DNA of 64,000 nt. Source: a virus. A program made the position numbers and the translations under genes. The first letter of the stretch is position 1. Each line of letters starts with the position of its first letter. Below the pieces are notes generated by a model. The model was given only the letters and a program-made list of their open reading frames with translations. It had not been told where the DNA came from and did no database searches. The stretch is from positions 13,827 through 77,826 of the IMG/VR virus record IMGVR_UViG_3300043172_000590; one strand, 5' to 3'. Below are positions 51,017 to 57,642 of this stretch, one piece after another.

Positions 51017-51706
51017 TTAAGCCTCACACATAATCATATGGCCATAAGCGGCATACAATTGCGTATCAAGAACTTTATTAATATCTCCTTGTAGTTTATA
51101 AGCGTGAGTTCCGAGAGACAAATATACTATATCGCCAACCTCCCATATATCGATACAAACCTTATCCGCAATCTTTGTCACAGGATCTATATCATGTATC
51201 GGGAATTTCTCCGGAACTACAGCTATTTTCCATTTTTCGGTAACCTCTCTTTTCACGTTGGTAAATTCCATGAATTTATTTATCTCAGGGATTGCCTCAA
51301 ATAAGTAGAATCCATTTATCGAAGAAAGTACACCTTCTCTTCTCCGTGCATGAATCTCGTGGTAATCCACCAACAAATACTTTTTATCTTTATGCGCAAT
51401 CGGGATATTGGATTTTGTAGAGATACAGTTCCAGAAAACTTCGTCGCCAATCTTAAGTTCGCATTCGGTTTCGTAATCAAAGCTCCCTTTGGTTATCCTC
51501 TTGGGAAAATCGACAACAATCCCATGCAGTATTACAAACTCGGTTAGGTCAAATCCCGGAGAGCTGGACCACGAATCATCATGTGCCGCATTTTTCGCCA
51601 TTATACCAGATTCTAATATGAGAGTATCAAATGTGTCTGTAACCTCAATTAAGACCTTGTTTGACACAGGTTTGCCTATCCACGGCAGGTGTAGTTCATT
51701 GCGCAT
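51017..51706 (-). CDS. tandem GroES-like protein
   Basis: KPVSNKVLIE...ESGI...G.V...ELKIGDEV...YLLVDY.EI. Confidence 0.6.
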   Translation of the reverse strand: MRNELHLPWIGKPVSNKVLIEVTDTFDTLILESGIMAKNAAHDDSWSSSPGFDLTEFVILHGIVVDFPKRITKGSFDYETECELKIGDEVFWNCISTKSNIPIAHKDKKYLLVDYHEIHARRREGVLSSINGFYLFEAIPEINKFMEFTNVKREVTEKWKIAVVPEKFPIHDIDPVTKIADKVCIDIWEVGDIVYLSLGTHAYKLQGDINKVLDTQLYAAYGHMIMCEA

Positions 51707-51983
51707 CGACAGTGGTGTTTTTACGGAACAATACTTGCTCCATGAGTTCGTTTACGAGATGAAGTTTCTCTCCGTTTATCTCAACGTTATAATGTCCGCG
51801 GTACATAATAGTTTCGCCAACCTCACATTCGCAATCTTCTCCTGCTTGTTTGACTACGCCCTGCCATAGGGCACCCATATCATCCTTTACTTGTATTGCA
51901 TCAGGAATTATTATCTTCGCTTCCCTCTTCACTTTCTGAAAGGAATGTACAATTAATTGTCCTGGACTTACCTTCTTCATCAA
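51696..51983 (-). CDS. groES: co-chaperonin GroES-like
   Basis: IIIPD, G.V..AG, EVGE.I.Y, VEINGEK..LV.E..VL. Confidence 0.75.
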   Translation of the reverse strand: MMKKVSPGQLIVHSFQKVKREAKIIIPDAIQVKDDMGALWQGVVKQAGEDCECEVGETIMYRGHYNVEINGEKLHLVNELMEQVLFRKNTTVDAQ

Positions 51984-52209
51984 TATATTTTTTAATTAAA
52001 CATAAATCTACTTGCACCATTAACGTTGCCCCTGTTTCGGGGTCGAACGCAGTATAACATATATTATCTCCTCCGGATTGGGCTTTGTAATTTTCCTGAT
52101 CTACCGCGCTGTTTTCAGACAGTTTATCCACCCTCATAACCATAAGGGTCCTGCCCTCTTCGCCTTCATTTATTGAAGGGACCATTATTTCTAATACTCT
52201 TATATTCAT
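51901..52209 (-). CDS. hypothetical protein
   Basis: coupled ORF overlapping the GroES start by 83 nt. Confidence 0.5.
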   Translation of the reverse strand: MNIRVLEIMVPSINEGEEGRTLMVMRVDKLSENSAVDQENYKAQSGGDNICYTAFDPETGATLMVQVDLCLIKKYIDEEGKSRTINCTFLSESEEGSEDNNS

Positions 52210-52445
52210 TACGATTCTAATAGATATTCAAGTTCTTCGATTGACTTCTTTATTTTTTGCACTAAATAATAAGCTCTCAATGTATCGAGATGGTTAACCG
52301 AATCTACCTCTCCTAAAGCTATAGACAATTCTTTTGCCTCTAACGAGTAAGCTTTCATCAGCTGTCCGATATTTCCACGATGGTTCTCCATCTTGGATTG
52401 CACTCTGATTTCTACATTGTCTGTAATTTTACTTTTTTCACCCAT
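52209..52445 (-). CDS. hypothetical protein
   Basis: 78-aa coupled ORF. Confidence 0.6.
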   Translation of the reverse strand: MGEKSKITDNVEIRVQSKMENHRGNIGQLMKAYSLEAKELSIALGEVDSVNHLDTLRAYYLVQKIKKSIEELEYLLES

Positions 52446-52447
52446 GA

Positions 52448-53194
52448 TTAAAAGGGGTTTTTATTAAAGTCAATAGATACTCCTCTATCTGCAACGGTAA
52501 CTGTTTTTCCGGTCAAGTCCTCTACTTCTTTTTTGAACCTTTCTTCATCCGAATTGTAATCTGATAAGTGGATCAGTACTACGTTGTTGACCCGTGACAA
52601 GTCATTTGCTGACAATAATTCTTTGCAGGTCTGGATACTCATATGTTCGTATGCCTTCTTGAGTACCTGTAATTCCATCTCGTCGCCCATCATCTTCTTT
52701 TCTACGATATCCTCACAGTAATTAGCCTCCACGAGGACTTGGTTTAGCCCATCAAACCTAAACTCTGAATACCTTGTGTCTGTAAGGAATAATACTACTC
52801 CACATTCTGGGTGGCGGATCAAGAAACCTAAAGGCTCTTTAGCTTCGTGTATGGTGTCGAACGGGATGATTTCAAATTCCCCTACCTTAAACTCGTTCCC
52901 ATCGCTAACCGGCCTTGGCGTGTTGTACGGATTTCCCTTTATTTCGATGCTGTCAATTGTTCCTTGGCTTGCGAATGCGGGTATTGACGTGTATAACATA
53001 TACTCGTTTATATATGCAGAATGATCAGAATGGCAATGGGACCAGATAAGCCCGACCACACTGGATAGATCAAACTCTAACACTTTCTTTACCTCCAATA
53101 ATTTAACCCCACATTCGATGATTAGCGTCTCTTTATTCCCCTTGAGAAGATAGCAATTCCCATGACTCCCAGATGCTAATACGTGTAGCTTCAT
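52448..53194 (-). CDS. metallo-beta-lactamase-fold hydrolase (YycJ-like nuclease)
   Basis: LASGSHGNCY, SHCHSDH, TDT, EANY, LIHLS. Confidence 0.9.
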   Translation of the reverse strand: MKLHVLASGSHGNCYLLKGNKETLIIECGVKLLEVKKVLEFDLSSVVGLIWSHCHSDHSAYINEYMLYTSIPAFASQGTIDSIEIKGNPYNTPRPVSDGNEFKVGEFEIIPFDTIHEAKEPLGFLIRHPECGVVLFLTDTRYSEFRFDGLNQVLVEANYCEDIVEKKMMGDEMELQVLKKAYEHMSIQTCKELLSANDLSRVNNVVLIHLSDYNSDEERFKKEVEDLTGKTVTVADRGVSIDFNKNPF

Positions 53195-53766
53195 TTCACA
53201 TCCTCTTTAAATTTCCAAATAAAGCCGCCTGCTTGTTTTCTGGTTAGCCCCGGCTTATACTCTTCCGTGGCGGCTACGGCATATAAATTCCTATGACACA
53301 CCCCCGTTTTTCGGTGAGCCTCCATCCCATTTATATGCTCTTTTATAAAATTACCATCTAAATCTAATTGCAAAATAGGTCTAGGTCTAATTTCGGTATT
53401 ATGCCTTATCATACCTGCGGTCATTCCGGGGTTTTCCTTCATAGTTATAACAGAATGGGCTTTTGCGCTTATGTATTCTAGATTACTTGCGTGATTATTC
53501 TGCCTGTTCCCATCTTTGTGGTGGACATGAAGTCCCGCAGGTCTTTCTCCAATAAACGCTTCTGCCACCAATACATGCATTCTTACGTATCGAATCAAAC
53601 TTGCCCTGCGAACCTCAAGCACGACGCTGAAATACCCACCCTTCTTGTTGGTGTTCGATAAAACGGTTCCTTTTGGGTTTTTCTTAAAACTTTTAAGCCT
53701 CCCGCAATTAGATACCTGATAATATCCCTCAAATCCAACAATGTCTCTCCAAATCTCAAGCTCCAT
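53191..53766 (-). CDS. NUMOD4-HNH homing endonuclease
   Basis: EIWRDI.GFEG.YQVSN.GR, HVLVAEAF, VHHKDGNRQNN..SNLE. Confidence 0.9.
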   Translation of the reverse strand: MELEIWRDIVGFEGYYQVSNCGRLKSFKKNPKGTVLSNTNKKGGYFSVVLEVRRASLIRYVRMHVLVAEAFIGERPAGLHVHHKDGNRQNNHASNLEYISAKAHSVITMKENPGMTAGMIRHNTEIRPRPILQLDLDGNFIKEHINGMEAHRKTGVCHRNLYAVAATEEYKPGLTRKQAGGFIWKFKEDVK

Positions 53767-53772
53767 AGTTCA

Positions 53773-53898
53773 CTATTGTTTTATTATCTTATTATTAGTG
53801 CTTTTACAGATTGGGCAAGCAGCAGCGTTAGCCTGAGATGCAATAGTAACAGGCTGATGCCATACAGTCCTGCATATATTGCATTCTCTTTTGTCCAT
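53773..53898 (-). CDS. 41-aa zinc-ribbon protein
   Basis: hand translation MDKRECNICRTVW...CPICKSTNNKIIKQ. Confidence 0.6.
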   Translation of the reverse strand: MDKRECNICRTVWHQPVTIASQANAAACPICKSTNNKIIKQ

Positions 53899-53904
53899 GA
53901 GAGG

Positions 53905-54234
53905 CTATATAATCTCGCTTAAAGCGCCTCTTGTGTTTGCGAGTGAGTCATTATATCCGGAAAGCAGGTCAATGCAATCATTTAGCTCTCCTATTACGCC
54001 GTCTCTCTTAGTTTTTTCTTTGTCATTTTCCGGGATAGGTACTTTGAAGTTTTTTAGCTGAGATACTTTGCCTGCTATGGCACCAGAGTTTTCGGCAGTC
54101 CTTTGTAACTCGTTTTTAAATCTGTCTAGAATAGCCCCAAATTCAGGAACCTTTTCTGTGATTTCGTTTGTATCCATTTTGTTCAGCGTTTTTACGTTCA
54201 GGTGCACATAGTCTACTGTTGTACATCTGGACAT
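53905..54234 (-). CDS. hypothetical coiled-coil protein
   Basis: 109-aa ORF; start uncertain. Confidence 0.55.
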   Translation of the reverse strand: MSRCTTVDYVHLNVKTLNKMDTNEITEKVPEFGAILDRFKNELQRTAENSGAIAGKVSQLKNFKVPIPENDKEKTKRDGVIGELNDCIDLLSGYNDSLANTRGALSEII

Positions 54235-54262
54235 TATTTATATTTGTTTATAATTTTATCCC

Positions 54263-55234
54263 CTATACAAAATCAGGCCCATCTTCTTTTTTTGTATCGG
54301 TACCTTTCTCGGCAATCTCACCTGTCTCCTTGTTGACGTTTTCAACCTTATCGACTGGTTTTTTATTTGCTACATCCGTCTTGACGAGCTCCTTCTTTTG
54401 TGCATTGGAAGCTCCGTCAGGTTTGTTTGTTACAATTTCTGCATCCTCTATGTTATCGAATCCGATAGCCACAATATTTCGCTTCTTGTCCTCATTGTTT
54501 TCTTCGGACAAATCATCAGCGTCGTTCCTCCCCTCTAGCAGATGGGCATCGTTAGAACTGTTGATAATGGATTTACACGCTCGGCTCTTGACAGTTTTAA
54601 TGCACATTTGGTCGGTAAATTTAGTATGCGCAGGGGAGTTCCCTTTTGCAGCTCCCATCATCCAAGCAGCCTTTATTTGAGCCATAGACATATCTTCAAT
54701 GTATAATGTCCCATCATCCATTTCCTTAACGGCATACGCTCCAAGAATCGCATTCTCTCTATTTTCAAATGGTTTTTCTTCCGGGGTTTCGTGCTTCACT
54801 AAAACCTTCCTACCCTTTTCTGTCCTCTTGGTTATATAAACATCTCCCTCTCTAACCACCTCTCCTTCTATTTCTTTCAGCCCAACTCTTTTTGCGACAG
54901 CAACATCTCCTTGATAGCTACGCATGAGAGTAAGTTCTGTTCCGAACACCACGAAGTAGCATTGTTTTTTAACGGGATTGAGTCCTTGCACCACCATGTC
55001 AAACAGAGAGTTGGCAATGCTTGCTTTAGAGCATATTTCGAGGGCTTTTTTCTTGTTCCGGTCCTCCACGTTCTGTAGTATCAGCCACGCAGATTTTAAT
55101 GCATTACCTGAACTGTAATTTTTCGGAAGGACAAGATCCTTAGAGTTCTCCATGTCTGCCACTCTTTTCGTTACGATATCAACTATGTTTGGCTGTGCTA
55201 CCGTAGTTTTGTTTTCGTTTGATTTTGTTGTCAT
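54263..55234 (-). CDS. recT: RecT-family single-strand annealing recombinase
   Basis: SIANSL.DMVVQGLNP.KKQCYF, RSYQG, DQM..KTV..RACK. Confidence 0.9.
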   Translation of the reverse strand: MTTKSNENKTTVAQPNIVDIVTKRVADMENSKDLVLPKNYSSGNALKSAWLILQNVEDRNKKKALEICSKASIANSLFDMVVQGLNPVKKQCYFVVFGTELTLMRSYQGDVAVAKRVGLKEIEGEVVREGDVYITKRTEKGRKVLVKHETPEEKPFENRENAILGAYAVKEMDDGTLYIEDMSMAQIKAAWMMGAAKGNSPAHTKFTDQMCIKTVKSRACKSIINSSNDAHLLEGRNDADDLSEENNEDKKRNIVAIGFDNIEDAEIVTNKPDGASNAQKKELVKTDVANKKPVDKVENVNKETGEIAEKGTDTKKEDGPDFV

Positions 55235-55249
55235 GCTATTTATTTAAAA

Positions 55250-55462
55250 TTATTTAGTTGTTCTCTCAATACTCCATATTCTCCCCGCTTTGATAAAAAT
55301 GTTTATTGTCCTGAGATTCCATCCCCATATGAATGCAGAAGGATAGACTTTGTGTCCGACAAACAAAGACGGCTCGTTCTCTAGTATATATACCACATCG
55401 TTCATTCTTTCCAGTTTGTTTTTTAGAACGAAATTCTTTGAACATTTATCTCCTTTTTTCAT
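55250..55462 (-). CDS. hypothetical protein
   Basis: 70-aa ORF. Confidence 0.55.
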   Translation of the reverse strand: MKKGDKCSKNFVLKNKLERMNDVVYILENEPSLFVGHKVYPSAFIWGWNLRTINIFIKAGRIWSIERTTK

Positions 55463-55465
55463 TTA

Positions 55466-55846
55466 TTAGAGATTTATGGGAATTACCACTTCTTCTATCT
55501 CAATCATCTTTCCAGCAAACTGCGCTCTATCAAAAGAAGTGGGATTGGTTATACCAATCTTATCCTTATAGCACATTGCAGCAGTAACTAATTTAAGCCA
55601 CGATCCGAGCCCGTTATAGTATCTGCCACTTTTCTTGTCTTTAACGATAAATCCCATTCCTTCATTATTTATCATACTAAAAGCCCTCCTCAGAAGACAT
55701 ATAGACTCCAAGTGCCCTACTTTGTGTTTATGGATGAAATTAATCACCTCTCCAAGTTGCCACTCGTCTTTTGTTAAGGCACACTGCCTGCCTGGGTAGC
55801 TGTTAATAATAGACTTAAATAAGTCTTGTATTTTATGCTCTTCCAT
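55466..55846 (-). CDS. hypothetical protein
   Basis: 126-aa ORF. Confidence 0.6.
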   Translation of the reverse strand: MEEHKIQDLFKSIINSYPGRQCALTKDEWQLGEVINFIHKHKVGHLESICLLRRAFSMINNEGMGFIVKDKKSGRYYNGLGSWLKLVTAAMCYKDKIGITNPTSFDRAQFAGKMIEIEEVVIPINL

Positions 55847-55931
55847 ATTCTAGTAATTATATAATGGGCATAAGCCTCTGTATCCGTGATATCCTACATC
55901 TATAATTTTCCGGACATCCTTCCCGGGTTCT

Positions 55932-56075
55932 TCAATGATATGCTATAACTATAAAACCCACAAATAGTACGTGCAATACGAGAACACTAGCTATAATAAT
56001 AATATATATGCCATTTTTATCTTCTGAGTTAGTCCTCCTTAAGGAGCGTTTCACTACTAATTTTATACATTCCAT
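55932..56075 (-). CDS. 47-aa single-TM membrane protein
   Basis: hand translation MECIKLVVKRSLRRTNSEDKNGIYIIIIASVLVLHVLFVGFIVIAYH. Confidence 0.5.
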   Translation of the reverse strand: MECIKLVVKRSLRRTNSEDKNGIYIIIIASVLVLHVLFVGFIVIAYH

Positions 56076-56095
56076 ATTTCAATTATTTTCATATT

Positions 56096-56503
56096 AAGAC
56101 CATTATCCCTGCAAGAGGGAAGGAAGGTCTGACATCCGATATAAAGACCTACAATGTGGGTTTAAGACTTGCCTGGTTCTGCTCCCTGCTGTCGCGATTC
56201 TTTTAGTTCAACAGCAACACGATTTGCCATACGGTTTTTACAGAAATGTTTGTTTTCATTCACTCCCTTGCAGGTCTTCCGTTACGGTCAGATACGGAAA
56301 CTTTGCATTAACAAACATACAAGTACCACTACCGACTTTGATTACCCTCGATATAATCAGGGATGGAGGTCTCGCTAAACTCCGTAAGGACAGCCGAAGT
56401 AAGCACAACCATTACGACCTGAGAAGTAAAGTTTCCCCAGCCATCCAAACGGAATTAATATTTTATTTGTGAGATTCATAATAAGTTGTGCTTATTCAAC
56501 TGC
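56096..56503 (-). ncRNA. structured ~410-nt leader with a 34-codon uORF (56479-56375)
   Basis: AATTCCGT..GGATGGCTGGGG/CTTCGGCTGTCC..ACGGAGTT stem with G-U pairs on -; further stems 56144-56278 and 56097-56130. Confidence 0.55.
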
Positions 56504-56505
56504 CA

Positions 56506-56535
56506 CAAATCTACACATAAAATCTTTAAATCAAA
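56506..56535 (-). promoter_or_regulatory. Bacteroidota promoter (-33/-7)
   Basis: TTTG-N18-TAGATTTG. Confidence 0.7.
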
Positions 56536-56558
56536 ATAATTAAGAACGATTTTAAATA

Positions 56559-56629
56559 GCAGAACGAGCGATTATCCCCTTCTCGTTATCTCTACCTCCG
56601 TTATCTGGGTGAGGCACTTTTTGTTCTGC
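56559..56629 (-). ncRNA. small structured RNA (array unit F)
   Basis: GCAGAAC/GTTCTGC closing stem; three GATAA repeats inside. Confidence 0.4.
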
Positions 56630-56712
56630 ATGTTACGAGTCTGCAACGCTTCGAGTGTCTGAGCATCCGCAAATTTCCCAATTACTATATTGCTCATTTT
56701 ATCCGGATAGCG

Positions 56713-56817
56713 TGGAGAAGCAAGGACTCGAACCTCGATGTAACCATCACACTAACGAGCAGTTTCCAGCATCAAAGCCTTCGGTGTCTCCTACTTACAT
56801 AATGTGCTACCTTCCCC
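56713..56817 (-). ncRNA. tRNA-like RNA (acceptor stem plus T-arm, atypical D/anticodon region)
   Basis: GGGGAAG/CTTCTCC-A acceptor with G3-U70; CGAGG-TTCGAGT-CCTTG T-arm; no encoded CCA. Confidence 0.7.
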
Positions 56818-56849
56818 TGATTCCCCGTCTTTCCGGGCTGTCAGTGTTT

Positions 56850-56964
56850 GTATAGATTTTAGCGTATGATTACCTCTATCAACGAAGGCCCCCTATCCAC
56901 TAATTAAGCAATGCCATCTATACCGTCAATCCCTAACACCTCAGAGATTCTGCTTGATAGGGTA
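56850..56964 (-). ncRNA. possible pseudoknotted RNA (array unit E)
   Basis: crossing stems 56850-57/56916-23 and 56871-82/56954-64. Confidence 0.35.
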
Positions 56965-56975
56965 TGATGTTTTCT

Positions 56976-57072
56976 AAAAACAGAGAGGGTCGATATTTAT
57001 ACATCCAGACCTCGACTGGGATAGTTGGTTTTAATGAGACCGCTCTAACTCGTTTTTTACCTCTCTGTTTTT
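56976..57072 (-). ncRNA. small structured RNA (array unit D)
   Basis: perfect 13-bp closing stem AAAAACAGAGAGG/CCTCTCTGTTTTT. Confidence 0.55.
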
Positions 57073-57120
57073 TCGCAAATAATGATCCAACACATTATAG
57101 ACGAACTATCAATATTTTCA

Positions 57121-57340
57121 AATCTGACCGTCTGCCGGGACGGGATACTGTAGGCGTGGATTCCTTGTGCTTTTGACATGGTTATTACACAGCTATTGCC
57201 TAGGCCCCACTGGTATCTCACCAATTGCCAATATCTCTCCACCAAACACGCCACTGGCAATGACTAGCAACTTTTTTTCATCGTTAATCAGATGGTGCCG
57301 CACAAAATGTACCGCCTGCTTGTTTGTTTTCGACCAGATT
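57121..57340 (-). ncRNA. ~220-nt structured RNA (array unit C)
   Basis: AATCTGGTCG/CGGTCAGATT closing stem (G-U pairs favour -); inner ATTGCCAGT/ATTGGCAAT. Confidence 0.45.
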
Positions 57341-57351
57341 ATACTTTAAAG

Positions 57352-57441
57352 AACAGGGAGCGGAGTTTGTGCATGCGCTAGCTTTCTCACGAATTGTTTA
57401 TCCACACTATCCAAGGGTCGCACCCTTTGCAACTCTCTGTT
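57352..57441 (-). ncRNA. small structured RNA (array unit B)
   Basis: AACAGAGAG/CTCCCTGTT ends; inner AAGGGT/ACCCTT hairpin. Confidence 0.45.
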
Positions 57442-57471
57442 TATATTTTCAATGAACGAATAATCAAATAT

Positions 57472-57609
57472 AAGATGCTTCTATTCTTATCGCCCCATTC
57501 TCTCTTTGTTGTTCCAAATACTGGCAGTGGGCAACTTTAGTCTATCATATCCTCCACAGGGAACAATCCCCAATCAAATTACTACGATAAGCGTCAAACA
57601 AAGCATCTT
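57472..57609 (-). ncRNA. rod-like ~140-nt RNA (array unit A)
   Basis: nested stems AAGATGCTT/AAGCATCTT, CTTATCG/CGATAAG and TTGTTCC/GGAACAA. Confidence 0.55.
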
Positions 57610-57642
57610 TTTCTCGCATACTACAGGTTTGTCTTCAAAAAT

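Noticed and set aside
56630-56712. HDV-like (theta) ribozyme 3' of the tRNA-like RNA
   Set aside because: Could not build the nested double pseudoknot; only a TGAGCA/TGCTCA hairpin is visible
56713-56817. Full tmRNA or canonical tRNA-Ala
   Set aside because: Too short for a tag frame; lacks the tmRNA D-loop consensus and a 7-nt anticodon loop
56284-57131. 10-nt long-range complementarity (ACGGTCAGAT at 56284 with ATCTGACCGT at 57122) and a shared TGTTTGTTTTC at 56247 and 57321
   Set aside because: About one such match is expected by chance in 1.5 kb; covariation would be needed to support it
56169-57349. Short ORFs of 60-82 aa called within the RNA region
   Set aside because: Mostly antisense to the operon, often with non-ATG starts and non-protein-like composition; they overlap predicted RNA helices
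56096-57609. CRISPR or TIGR-like repeat-spacer array
   Set aside because: No regularly spaced direct repeats; the units are different inverted-repeat structures; no Cas or Nop-domain gene nearby
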